From: an uncultured Nitrososphaerota archaeon | GTDB lineage: Archaea > Korarchaeota > Korarchaeia > Korarchaeales > Korarchaeaceae | Assembly: GCA_964618805.1 (NCBI GenBank) | Contig: CAZUBM010000001.1 | Coordinates: forward strand, 1 to 64,000 | Length of the DNA: 64,000 bases | Direction: 5' to 3' | Part shown: piece after piece, positions 46,844 through 56,489 of the stretch | Layout: the number at the start of each line of letters is the position of its first letter | How positions within the stretch are numbered: the first letter of the stretch is position 1 | Program-made: the position numbers and the translations under genes | Notes under the pieces: model-generated | The model's database searches: none | The model's input: the letters and a program-made list of their open reading frames with translations, nothing else | Told to the model about the DNA's origin: nothing

Positions 46844-49174
46844 CTAAGATTTATCGTTAGCCATTGCAATTACCGTCTGACCTAGGGCAATTCCTCCATC
46901 GCCAGCTGGAATTCTCTTTGGAAGCCTAACTTGGATATCTGCCTCTGAGAGAGCATCCTTTATGCCCCTAAAGAGATAGCTGTTTACGGCTGCTCCACCT
47001 CCAACGAATACCTCGTTTAACGTCGCCTTCGAGCTGTACAGGGCCGCGATATCTCCCAACGACCTCCCTAAAACGTATTGCACTGTAGCGGAGAGATCAT
47101 TTAGCGGAAGATCTATGTGCTCTAGGACCCATTGTAGTAATCTGGCGGTATCAACAACTGAGAGATCTCCCTCCGTGGTTAAGATGCTTTCTACATCTCT
47201 TACTCTCCCTCCTTTTGCAAGAGCTTCTAATTTAATTGCAGGTTCTCCTTCATATGTTCTTTCCAAGCATACTCCTAAGAGAGCGGAAATAGCGTCCAGA
47301 AACCTGCCTACGCTTGATGATTTAATGCATTTCCCTTCTTTTGCCTGCTTGATGGCTATTTCCAACTCAATTCTTCCTCTTCTCAATCCTCGAGCAAGCC
47401 CTCTTCTGACAATGACTCTTTCTATCTCTTCCTCTCCAGCAAAGACGGAGAGGGCTCCTATCAACATCCTAACAGGGAACTTTGTTGCCAAATCCCCTCC
47501 CGGCATCGGCAGATATTTAAGCCTTCCAACCCTCTCGAACTCACCATAATTAGTTAAGAAAACTTCTCCCCCCCATATAGACCCGTCAAGGCCATAACCA
47601 ACTCCATCCATCAGGATGGAGACAACTCTTTCTTCCATCTTAACTCCCCAGTCAGCCATAACAGAGGCTGCATGAGCATGATGATGCTGAACTTTGATCA
47701 GGGGGACTCCTATCTCCTTAGACCAGGCCTCGGCTAGCTTTGCGCTCGAGTAAGATGGATGTAAATCAGCCACTAATACGGATTCCCTGACATCAATACC
47801 GTAGGTCTTCAAGAAGAAGTTCAGACTTTTCTCCAGCTCCTCCAAATCCTCGAATTCATCCGTATCTCCTATATACTGGGTCAAAATCACTTTATCTTCG
47901 AAAGCTACAGCTCCTGCATTTTGAAGCTCAGCTCCAAAAGCAATAACAGGGCGTCTTAAGCAAAATGGAAGCCTTATCCATGAGGGAGCATATCCTCGAG
48001 ATCTCCTCAGAAACACCAAATTTCCATCTGTAAACCTTAAGACGCTGTCATCTACCCTGTTAATGATCCTCCTGTTATGCATTAGGTAATAATCTACTAT
48101 ATCCTTCAACTCTCTTAGTGCACAGGATTCATCTAGGCACATTGGTTTTCTTGGAGGATTTCCGCTTGTCATTATCAGAAAGCCATCTTCAACTTCTTCA
48201 AGGAGGAGGTAATGCAAACCGGTATAAGGAAGCATTAAACCCTGCTTATCTAAACCAGGCGCAACATATCTCGAGACAGGGCTATCCTCTCTTTCATCAA
48301 GGAGAATAATCGGCTTTTGTGGACTTTTTAGTAAATTCTCCGCTTTTTCACTTAAATAAGCTATCTTTCTGACTGTTTTAATATCTAAAGCCATCAAAGC
48401 GAAGGGTTTCTGAGGCCTTTTCTTCCTTCTTCTAAGCTCAAGGACAACAGAGTCGTCAGTAGCTAGAGAAGCTATATGAAAACCTCCTATCCCCTTTATT
48501 GCTAGAATTTTGCCTTCTGATAAGAGTTTAGCTGCTTCTATTATAGGATCTGAGGAATTAAGGATCTCTCCGGAGCTATCAGTTAACCATAATTTAGGTC
48601 CGCACGAAGGACAACATATCCCTTGGGCATCAAATCTTCTAACATTGTCTTCGTCATAATATTCGGATCTGCAATCCTCACAAAGCGGAAAGTCCTTCAT
48701 TGCAGTGTTTTCCCTATCGTAGGGGATTCTTTCCATCATTGAAAATCTAGGTCCGCACCAAGCACAGCTGTTAAATGCGTACCGGAACCTCCTATCTCTA
48801 GGATCCTTTATCTCATTTAGACAATGATCACAAATCCCTATGTCTGGAGGTATCATTGATGGCCTAATCCGAGATTTGCCGCTCTTGAGTATTGAGAAAC
48901 CATTTAATCCTAGAAATGAGCTTTTTTCTACTCTTATCTCCTCGATTATTGCTGGAGGGGGCTTTTCTTTCCTAAGAAGTTGGAGAAAAGAACTTATTTC
49001 CTCATTAGTTCCTTCAACATGGATTTCAACTTCGCTTCCTCCCATGTTCCTAACAGTTCCCCTTACACCTGACCTTCTGGCTATCCTGTGAATAAATGGT
49101 CTGAAGCCCACGCCTTGTACAATTCCTGAAATGTAGATGTTTAGGGCTTTAACTGTCATTTTGGCTTTTTTCAA
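46844..49174 (-). CDS. hypF: Hydrogenase maturation carbamoyltransferase
   Basis: GIVQGVGFRPF acylphosphatase domain, Zn fingers, QHHHAH, DGVGYG, GDGGIALGQ. Confidence 0.96.
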   Translation of the reverse strand: MKKAKMTVKALNIYISGIVQGVGFRPFIHRIARRSGVRGTVRNMGGSEVEIHVEGTNEEISSFLQLLRKEKPPPAIIEEIRVEKSSFLGLNGFSILKSGKSRIRPSMIPPDIGICDHCLNEIKDPRDRRFRYAFNSCAWCGPRFSMMERIPYDRENTAMKDFPLCEDCRSEYYDEDNVRRFDAQGICCPSCGPKLWLTDSSGEILNSSDPIIEAAKLLSEGKILAIKGIGGFHIASLATDDSVVLELRRRKKRPQKPFALMALDIKTVRKIAYLSEKAENLLKSPQKPIILLDEREDSPVSRYVAPGLDKQGLMLPYTGLHYLLLEEVEDGFLIMTSGNPPRKPMCLDESCALRELKDIVDYYLMHNRRIINRVDDSVLRFTDGNLVFLRRSRGYAPSWIRLPFCLRRPVIAFGAELQNAGAVAFEDKVILTQYIGDTDEFEDLEELEKSLNFFLKTYGIDVRESVLVADLHPSYSSAKLAEAWSKEIGVPLIKVQHHHAHAASVMADWGVKMEERVVSILMDGVGYGLDGSIWGGEVFLTNYGEFERVGRLKYLPMPGGDLATKFPVRMLIGALSVFAGEEEIERVIVRRGLARGLRRGRIELEIAIKQAKEGKCIKSSSVGRFLDAISALLGVCLERTYEGEPAIKLEALAKGGRVRDVESILTTEGDLSVVDTARLLQWVLEHIDLPLNDLSATVQYVLGRSLGDIAALYSSKATLNEVFVGGGAAVNSYLFRGIKDALSEADIQVRLPKRIPAGDGGIALGQTVIAMANDKS

Positions 49175-50330
49175 AGCCTATCTCCTCCAACAACTCTCTT
49201 ATCAATTTATAGCCCCCGTGCCTAGTCCAAACATTGCAAGTTCCCTCTCTGCTTACCATACAGGGACCTAGAGGATGCGATGTTGTACAACCCTTATTAA
49301 AATGCGGGCAATCAGTTGGAATAGCTAGTCCTAAGGTTATCTCAGCACACTTACAACCCGGAGGTAAGTCCTTACCCTCATTTCTCAAGTTTAAGGAGTA
49401 TTCCTTTACCGCATCATAAGGTGAGAATTCCCTCTTAAGGTCAAGGCCACTCTTCTTGAGTACACCAATGCCCCTCCAATATGCGTCGACTACCGAGAAG
49501 GCTTTCATTACATAATTCCAAGCCTTTACATTCCCATCCCACGTTACTACCCTTCTATACTCATTTACTAACCTTGCCTTCCCTTCTTTTATCTGCCTCA
49601 ATATTTCAAGGACCGCAAGAATGTAGTCTAATGGTTCAAAGCCTGCTACGACCACTGGAAGGCCATAATGCTGAGCTAAATAATTCCAAGCCTTTGCGCC
49701 AATGATTGAGGAAACATGTCCAGGAGCAATTACCCCCTTTAATGGAATTCCTCTCTCCTCATGTAAGAACATTGCGTGATCTAGCCCAGGAGCAGTAAGC
49801 CTGTAAGCTGAAAGCAAAGACATGCCCTTTGGGACTTTCCCTCTTACTATCATAGTCGCTGTAGTTGGAGCTGTTGTCTCAAATCCAACCCCTAAGAACA
49901 CGGATTTTTCACCATCGAATGACTTTATTGCATCCTTAAACCCGTAGACGATCCTTACATCACAACCATATGAGCTTTTAGCTAAAGAAAGGCTCTCTTT
50001 ATTTCCAGGGACCCTATAAAGGTCTCCATATGTGTAGATTCTTACTCCTTCTTTTGCCAGCTCAATCGCTGAGTCGATTACAGAGGCTGGAGTCACACAA
50101 ACAGGACATCCTGGTCCAGCCACTAGCTGAAGACCCTCAGGCATGAGGTTTCTCAAGCCAAACCTTGTAACAGTATCCTCGTGAGTTCCACACACATGCA
50201 TTATCTTTATCTTCTCGTAGCGTTCCAGAAGTTCGTCTGCGAGCTTTGCAATGACTTTTACTGCCCTTTTCCCTACTCCCTTCATCCCCCTGTACTTTCT
50301 TTCTATTAGCCGTAGTGGACCAGACATCAA
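49149..50330 (-). CDS. hypD: Hydrogenase maturation protein HypD
   Basis: CGTHE, GPGCPVC, GFETT, PGHVS, GPCMVSREGTC. Confidence 0.96.
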   Translation of the reverse strand: MMSGPLRLIERKYRGMKGVGKRAVKVIAKLADELLERYEKIKIMHVCGTHEDTVTRFGLRNLMPEGLQLVAGPGCPVCVTPASVIDSAIELAKEGVRIYTYGDLYRVPGNKESLSLAKSSYGCDVRIVYGFKDAIKSFDGEKSVFLGVGFETTAPTTATMIVRGKVPKGMSLLSAYRLTAPGLDHAMFLHEERGIPLKGVIAPGHVSSIIGAKAWNYLAQHYGLPVVVAGFEPLDYILAVLEILRQIKEGKARLVNEYRRVVTWDGNVKAWNYVMKAFSVVDAYWRGIGVLKKSGLDLKREFSPYDAVKEYSLNLRNEGKDLPPGCKCAEITLGLAIPTDCPHFNKGCTTSHPLGPCMVSREGTCNVWTRHGGYKLIRELLEEIGFEKSQNDS

Positions 50331-50386
50331 TCCCCTAGGTTTCTCCGACTATTTATTAATTGAGCATATAGAAAAAATGATCTAGA

Positions 50387-51400
50387 TTGAGAATAACGCT
50401 AGCTCATGGCTCTGGAGGAAAGGAAATGCTTGAGTTTATAGAGAAGAGGATAGCTCCCGTTTTCTCATTAACTAGAGTTATGGATGGACTTGGACTTCCT
50501 GACATGGAGGATGGCTCAACCATACCGCTAGGAGAAAGGGATGTAGTTATCTCAATAGACAGCTACACTGTAAAGCCCCTCTTCTTCCCTGGAGGAAATA
50601 TTGGAAGCTTGGCAGTATGCGGTTCTATAAATGACATAGCGGTCATGGGCGCGATTCCTCTTGCGATTCTTGATGCAATAGTTGTAGAAGAGGGCTTTGA
50701 GATAGAAAAACTTCAAACAATATTGGAATCAATGGAAGTAATTCTCAAAGAGGAAAAAGTCGCTCTCATAGGGGGAGATTTTAAAGTGGTTCCAAAAGGG
50801 GAGCTAGATGGTGTTGTTATAAGTACGGTCTCAATTGGGGTTGTTGAGAGAAGAAATCTTCTTAAAGCAGATCAAATACGTCCAGGAGACAAAATAATAG
50901 TCTCTGGCACGGTTGGAGATCATGGAGCTACCATATTAGCAGCACAAGAGGGAATAAGTGTTGTGGGAGGCTTAAAGAGCGATGTGGCTCCTATAACAAA
51001 ATTCGTCAGGAGGGCCCTAGAAGCCGGAAGGGTCAGAGCTGCAAAAGATCCTACTAGAGGAGGGCTTGCCATGGCATTAAACGATTTTGCCACAGCCAGC
51101 CAGCTAACGATATTAGTTGAGGAGGAAAAGATACCCATTAAGCAGGAAGTCTTAAGCTATTGTGAGATGTTAGGCGTAGATCCTTATTCTTTAGCTAATG
51201 AAGGAATGGTTGTGATGGCTGTAGATCCTGATAGGGCTGACAGTGTTGTAGATGCCTTAAGGGAAGTAGGGGCTAAGGAAGCAGCCATAATAGGTGAAGC
51301 TAAAAAGGGAAGACCTGGGTTTGTGCTTCTGAAAACAGTCGCTGGAGGATTGCGTCTTCTAGAAAGACCAACAGGAGAGATTGTACCAAGGATATGCTAA
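50387..51400 (+). CDS. hypE: Hydrogenase maturation dehydratase HypE
   Basis: LAHGSGG, DSYTVKPLFFPGGNIG, DPTRGG, C-terminal PRIC. Confidence 0.96.
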   Translation: MRITLAHGSGGKEMLEFIEKRIAPVFSLTRVMDGLGLPDMEDGSTIPLGERDVVISIDSYTVKPLFFPGGNIGSLAVCGSINDIAVMGAIPLAILDAIVVEEGFEIEKLQTILESMEVILKEEKVALIGGDFKVVPKGELDGVVISTVSIGVVERRNLLKADQIRPGDKIIVSGTVGDHGATILAAQEGISVVGGLKSDVAPITKFVRRALEAGRVRAAKDPTRGGLAMALNDFATASQLTILVEEEKIPIKQEVLSYCEMLGVDPYSLANEGMVVMAVDPDRADSVVDALREVGAKEAAIIGEAKKGRPGFVLLKTVAGGLRLLERPTGEIVPRIC

Positions 51401-51621
51401 GATTCCTCTAGTTTTCTTATAAGCTCCTTCCACAATTCTAACGTTTCTTTAGCTTCTTCAGGACTTAGTCTCGAAATTATAGCTCCAGCATGGATTATGA
51501 CGTAATCTCCCGGCTTTACGTCAAGTAGGGAGGCATCAACTTCCTTTTTGATGCCTCCAAATTCAACTATTCCGATGTCCCCTTTGACCTCTATTACCCT
51601 TGCTGGTATTCCTAGACACAA
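51397..51621 (-). CDS. hypC: Hydrogenase chaperone HypC
   Basis: TTG start at 51621 gives MCLGIPA; GDYVIIHAG. Confidence 0.93.
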   Translation of the reverse strand: MCLGIPARVIEVKGDIGIVEFGGIKKEVDASLLDVKPGDYVIIHAGAIISRLSPEEAKETLELWKELIRKLEES

Positions 51622-51881
51622 TCCTCTTTCAACCACTTTCCTAAGTACTGAGAGCCTATTTTAATGTTATAGTATGGAGTGCGAAGAAAGGGACATATCT
51701 TACCTGAACTACACCAGAAAAGTCGATGCTTCTTTTGCCTATGGGCGATGGATGTGTAAGCAAATCTCCAACCCATGGACGAAACGTCATATCCAATAAG
51801 CATGATTTATCTTGATGCATGAAACTTGACGCCATTCGTCTCGCGCTATTTATAACTATCAAATAAACTGCATTCAATGAT

Positions 51882-52358
51882 TTGAGAGATAAGAAGATAC
51901 TTATCGCAGGGATAGGTGACTTGCTGAGAAGTGACGATGGTTTTGGACCAAGAGTAATCAATAGGTTAGAAAACATGGATTTGCCAAATTACGTTGTTGT
52001 AAAGGACTATGGAACAAGCGGATTAGATTTGATCTTTGATCTTCAGGAATTTGATGAGGTAATATTTGTCGATGCCATGGATTTCGATGGTAAGATTGGA
52101 GAAGTGAAAGCTATAGAGGTAAAACCAAGAAGAATTAACGAGAAAGAGATCATTAGATCGATAAACTTAAGCTTACATGAGATGGATCTTGAGAAAATAA
52201 TCGATCTGGCAAATTCACTTAATATACTACCGAAAAAAACGATAATAGTTGGTTGTAAACCTAAAGACTTATCCTTTGGACTAAAGTTATCAGAAGAAGT
52301 TAAGAGAGCAATAGATGTGGCGATTGAGATCATTCTTGAAAAAATAAAAGGGAATTAA
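51882..52358 (+). CDS. Hydrogenase maturation endopeptidase (HybD/HycI family)
   Basis: AGIGDLLRSDDGFG, DYGT, VDAM, SLHE. Confidence 0.92.
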   Translation: MRDKKILIAGIGDLLRSDDGFGPRVINRLENMDLPNYVVVKDYGTSGLDLIFDLQEFDEVIFVDAMDFDGKIGEVKAIEVKPRRINEKEIIRSINLSLHEMDLEKIIDLANSLNILPKKTIIVGCKPKDLSFGLKLSEEVKRAIDVAIEIILEKIKGN

Positions 52359-54088
52359 AGGTTAATGTAAGGGCATATCTCCTTACTAGATTCCTTCTTT
52401 CTTCCATTGTATACGTGGACAGAGCATGCAAGACATGGATCAAAGCTTCTAATCACCCTAACTACGTCTATTCCATCAAGTTCTTCGCCCTGCTCCGTTA
52501 TTGGTGTGTTAATTATTGCATCCTCATATGGGCCTGGCTTTCCGTCAATGTCTCTTGGAGATTCATTCCAAGTTGATGGTGTGATCACCTGATACCTGTA
52601 TATCTTTCCATTCTTCATTATGCACCAGTGCCCTAGTGCTCCCCTCATGGCCTCTGTAAGGCCTACACCAATCCCCTCTTTGGGTCTCTTGTACTCATTC
52701 CATATCTCTGTTTCACCCTTTTTAACCATCTCAAAGGCTGTGAGAAGTAATTTGTATGCCACATATGCGGAATATGCGTGATAATAAGCCCTAGCTCTTA
52801 TTCTCTCAACCGCATTAACAGCCTTTGGGATCTTCCATTCAAACGTTAACTCATCCGAGACCCTAAATCCAGCCACTGTGGCTTTTGGTAACGTAAACTT
52901 GACGCTATTTCCGGTCGATTCGTCTACCTTTTGAGCCTTTGCGGTGGTCCACATTCTTGATATGGGGCCTGCTTCAAGGACATGGGTCTTACCATCAACC
53001 CTCTTCTTCCAATCTTCCCACCTTGGTGAAGTCCCCCAAGAGTACCTTCCACTCCAATTCCTTGGCTTACCAGGTGCTGGTTTTGTCTCCTTGTTCCATG
53101 GATGCCAAACGGAGAGATCGCTTATTAATGGGTGCGCACGCGTGTGTTCCCACTCTTCGTAATATGAGTGGGCTACGAATTCCCTAACACCTAAGTTTAT
53201 CTCAGTTAAATCAGTTGTTATTAGATCACCATTAATGACTACGCCCGGAGATACCCTTCTCTTATCTCCCCACTTTGAGAGATCCTCGTACTTTCCAGTA
53301 TACGCATATGGATCATCGTAAGAGCCATAGCTTATCAGATTTGCATCCCTCTTTCCAGCTTCCTCATAACCCATCTCCAACACGAAGTTTAGTAGATCAT
53401 CGAATGCACTGACAAATTCCTTTGTAAACGCAATGTGTTGAGATAATATGGCTGAGAACATTTCAAGATCTGAGGGGGTTACTGTCTTTGCTACTCCTCC
53501 GGGAACAAACGAGTTTACGTGAGGATGTTTGCCCCCAAATAGTGCCGCCATTTTTCTACCCATCTTCGACATTTGCAAGCATCTAAGCCACAGGGTTCCT
53601 TTTAGAGGGGTCAGAGCACTCATTATGTCTGCAATTGTCCCATAACCGTGGAGATCTCTGTTCTCAGCCCTTGTATCCTTAGCTTTATCCCACCAATCTG
53701 GATTCAACTTCTTAACAACAGGTTCACTATAATCAGGCCCTTCTAATATTCCACAGCCCAGCAATGCGTCATATAGTTGCTCAGATATGTGAATGAAGTC
53801 CCTAATGGCTACTCCAAAGGGAGGCGGCGACACGTTGTAGGTCATATCTATACATTGAACTGAAGCCAAGCCATGAGGAGTTGGGCAAACTCCGCATATT
53901 CTCTGCGTTATCCATATGGCGTCTGCAGGCTCCCTGTTTTTCAATATTATCTCAAATCCTCTGAACATAACTGCATAACTGTGAGCATCAACATACTTCT
54001 TTTTAGTTAGATCTCCAACCGCATGTATCGCTAAATGCCCTTCAATCCTCGTAAAGGGCTCGATATAGATTTCCTTAGCCATAATCAT
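52355..54088 (-). CDS. [NiFe]-hydrogenase large subunit (group 1, 1h/1l-related)
   Basis: PFTRIEGH, L1 QRICGVCPTPH, L2 SFDPCLACSVH followed by a 19-aa tail. Confidence 0.95.
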   Translation of the reverse strand: MIMAKEIYIEPFTRIEGHLAIHAVGDLTKKKYVDAHSYAVMFRGFEIILKNREPADAIWITQRICGVCPTPHGLASVQCIDMTYNVSPPPFGVAIRDFIHISEQLYDALLGCGILEGPDYSEPVVKKLNPDWWDKAKDTRAENRDLHGYGTIADIMSALTPLKGTLWLRCLQMSKMGRKMAALFGGKHPHVNSFVPGGVAKTVTPSDLEMFSAILSQHIAFTKEFVSAFDDLLNFVLEMGYEEAGKRDANLISYGSYDDPYAYTGKYEDLSKWGDKRRVSPGVVINGDLITTDLTEINLGVREFVAHSYYEEWEHTRAHPLISDLSVWHPWNKETKPAPGKPRNWSGRYSWGTSPRWEDWKKRVDGKTHVLEAGPISRMWTTAKAQKVDESTGNSVKFTLPKATVAGFRVSDELTFEWKIPKAVNAVERIRARAYYHAYSAYVAYKLLLTAFEMVKKGETEIWNEYKRPKEGIGVGLTEAMRGALGHWCIMKNGKIYRYQVITPSTWNESPRDIDGKPGPYEDAIINTPITEQGEELDGIDVVRVIRSFDPCLACSVHVYNGRKKESSKEICPYINL

Positions 54089-55044
54089 ATCACCCTCGGT
54101 TTTAACCTATGAAGAACCACATATATCTTACCCTTTATGTCCTTAACTGCCTCCACAGCAAATATTCCAGGTGGAGCCTTCTTAAAGAACGGTGAAAACG
54201 GAGGATCTGGAAATTCAGGCTCGGTGCAGCCAATACAAATCGAGCCAATTGTTGGACAGCCGCCAAGCCCCTCAACGAACCCTCTCCTTGGAACATCGCA
54301 ATGTGCTATTGGTCCTTTACAACCAAGCAAGCCCATGCAGTAAGGCTCTCCGAATCTTTCAGAGAACTTTCCCTCCGCAAAAGTTCCAGCCCTTGGGCAA
54401 TTTTCATGAGCAGTCTTTTCGAATATGAACTTAGGTCTGTTATATTCATCGAGCTCAGGAATCGGCAATAGTCCTCTAGCAGTTAATACCAAGTGAGTTA
54501 AGGTTTCGGCAACATGCTCCCCTTGAGCTGGGCAGCCTGGCACGCAAATCACTGGAAGGTTCAGTTTGCTCCTCCAATCCCTTCCCAAAAAGTCGAGAAG
54601 TCCTCTTGCTCCAGTAGGGTTAGGAGTTCCGTGAGGTATCCCACCATAGCAAGCACATGTTCCCACCGCAACTGCTGCTGCGGCTAAAGGTGAAAGCTTT
54701 AGTATCCAATCGTTAATCGTCATGGGCTTTCCTTCATCCTCTCCAACTAAACACCAAAATCCGTCCATCTTCTTTGCTAGCTCTTCGTTTGGAATTGCTC
54801 CTTCAAGAACTAAGACAAATGGATCTAGCTCTCCTTTTGCAGCTGATCTTAATACATCGATAGCCTTCTCGCCATGAGGAAGCATGATAGTCTGGTGAAA
54901 AGCCAAGTTTATGTTTGCTGCTTGAGGGATGTAACCGGTCAACAGATCGGCGAGACTTGGGTGCGTTGCTCCAGTAAGAGAAACAGTACAACCAGTACAT
55001 CCTTGACCTTGTAACCATATAACGTTGATTTCTTTGGCAGACAA
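54085..55044 (-). CDS. [NiFe]-hydrogenase small subunit without Tat signal
   Basis: CTGC, GTCACYGG, PGCP, HENC, GCKGP, GGCP..GSICIGC; no RRxFLK leader. Confidence 0.95.
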   Translation of the reverse strand: MSAKEINVIWLQGQGCTGCTVSLTGATHPSLADLLTGYIPQAANINLAFHQTIMLPHGEKAIDVLRSAAKGELDPFVLVLEGAIPNEELAKKMDGFWCLVGEDEGKPMTINDWILKLSPLAAAAVAVGTCACYGGIPHGTPNPTGARGLLDFLGRDWRSKLNLPVICVPGCPAQGEHVAETLTHLVLTARGLLPIPELDEYNRPKFIFEKTAHENCPRAGTFAEGKFSERFGEPYCMGLLGCKGPIAHCDVPRRGFVEGLGGCPTIGSICIGCTEPEFPDPPFSPFFKKAPPGIFAVEAVKDIKGKIYVVLHRLKPRVI

Positions 55045-55068
55045 CTCTGTTCCAGCGGGTAAACAAGC

Positions 55069-55091
55069 GATTAGTTAAATATTTTACCATT
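55069..55091 (-). promoter_or_regulatory. Candidate BRE/TATA promoter (quasi-palindromic) of hydrogenase genes
   Basis: Minus strand AATGGTAAAATATTTAACTAATC ending 24 nt before the small-subunit start. Confidence 0.55.
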
Positions 55092-55172
55092 ATTTAATTT
55101 GCAGCAGCTCTCAAAGTTAGTATAAGTGAACTCCCTCATATTCTCCTAACTCCTTTAACAGAATTAGGCACA

Positions 55173-55970
55173 TCATGTGCTTTCCATAAACCTTACAATA
55201 GCCTCAGCCAATCCAAAGAAGGCATCTCTTAACTCCTTTGAAACAAGATGTGGTGGATAACCATCAGCTATAGCCTTCTCTACCATAGGTTCTATGGGAA
55301 GACGAGCAAGCAAACGTATCTTAAATTCTCTAGCTAAATTCTCTCCAGTACCATACCCGAAAGGCCTTATCTCCTCCTCCCCACACTTGAAAAATGACAT
55401 GTTTTCTACCAACCCCAAAATCCGAATTCCTTCATCGATCAACAACTTAAGGCTCTTCCTAACAACCGAATAGGATAGTATTGATGGGGTAGTGACAATC
55501 AAAGCTCCAGCAGACTCCAAGCTCTTAATCACTCTAATCGTCCACAATGTTTCATCACCCGTGCCAGGAGGTAAATCTATGACCAAATAGTCGAGATTAT
55601 CCCAGTTCGTTAGAGCTGCTAGACTAGTTATCAGATCCATTTTGTCCTCTCCTTTAACTAGGACTGGGCTATCTCTTGTAAGAAGGCCGATAGACATTAT
55701 GTTGATACCATACTTCCTAACAGGCCTGAAACCTTTCTTATCTGCTCTTACCTCTTCCTTAAGGCCTAACATGAGTGGGATGGAAGATCCATGAATATCT
55801 AGGTCTAATAGACCCACACTATTTCCTCTCTCTGCTAGTGTTAAAGCTAAACAGAGGGAGACAAGGCTCTTTCCGACACCTCCTTTTCCAGCCGTCACTG
55901 CTACAATATTTCTGGCTCGAGAAAGTCTTCTTTTTGCTTCCTCTAGGAATATATCTAGCAGTTTATTCAA
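55173..55970 (-). CDS. Mrp/NBP35 family ATPase, probable ATPase-type HypB
   Basis: GKGGVGKS, DLDIHGSS, DLPPGTGD, ENMS; start overlaps hypA stop. Confidence 0.85.
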   Translation of the reverse strand: MNKLLDIFLEEAKRRLSRARNIVAVTAGKGGVGKSLVSLCLALTLAERGNSVGLLDLDIHGSSIPLMLGLKEEVRADKKGFRPVRKYGINIMSIGLLTRDSPVLVKGEDKMDLITSLAALTNWDNLDYLVIDLPPGTGDETLWTIRVIKSLESAGALIVTTPSILSYSVVRKSLKLLIDEGIRILGLVENMSFFKCGEEEIRPFGYGTGENLAREFKIRLLARLPIEPMVEKAIADGYPPHLVSKELRDAFFGLAEAIVRFMEST

Positions 55971-56404
55971 GTTCTTGTCACCACCCTGGAGATATACAGA
56001 CCCTTACCTGATGCTAAGTCAAAGTCCCTGCTCCCACATGATGGACATTTAAGTAAAGCTGGGGCTAAGTGAGGCAAGAAATGGAGCGGACTTTCCCTTG
56101 TGCCTAATGGCTCTTCGATCACACTAAATTCTTCTGCAAGTATCTTTTCAACAGTTTCTAAATCCCATTCTGCTCCACAAGCATTGCATTTGAACATTGC
56201 CTTCTCTTCCTTCAGAATTAACCTTGTTCCCTCTAAAGGGGTTCCCTTGCTAAGTTCTTCAAAGGCTGTCCTAAATACTAGGACTTCTAACTCCATTATC
56301 TCACCATAAGTAATTTCAACCTCGTCGAAAGCGGTGATGCTCTTTTCTTCAGCTAGTCTGATAAGAGAGTTGATGACTGCCTCAGCTAATGACCACTCGT
56401 GCAA
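55967..56404 (-). CDS. hypA: Nickel metallochaperone HypA (Thermococcales-like, with insertion)
   Basis: TTG start gives MHEWSLA; CNACG...PLHFLP...CPSCGS. Confidence 0.93.
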   Translation of the reverse strand: MHEWSLAEAVINSLIRLAEEKSITAFDEVEITYGEIMELEVLVFRTAFEELSKGTPLEGTRLILKEEKAMFKCNACGAEWDLETVEKILAEEFSVIEEPLGTRESPLHFLPHLAPALLKCPSCGSRDFDLASGKGLYISRVVTRT

Positions 56405-56489
56405 CTTAACCCTGCCTCTGTCCAAGCTTTAGGTATTTATACTTTAAGCCCTTTATGGGAGTTGCAGGAGAGGTACAAATCTAAATATA

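Noticed and set aside
52355-54088. [NiFeSe] hydrogenase or selenocysteine recoding
   Set aside because: L2 motif has Cys codons (DPCLAC) and there is no in-frame TGA
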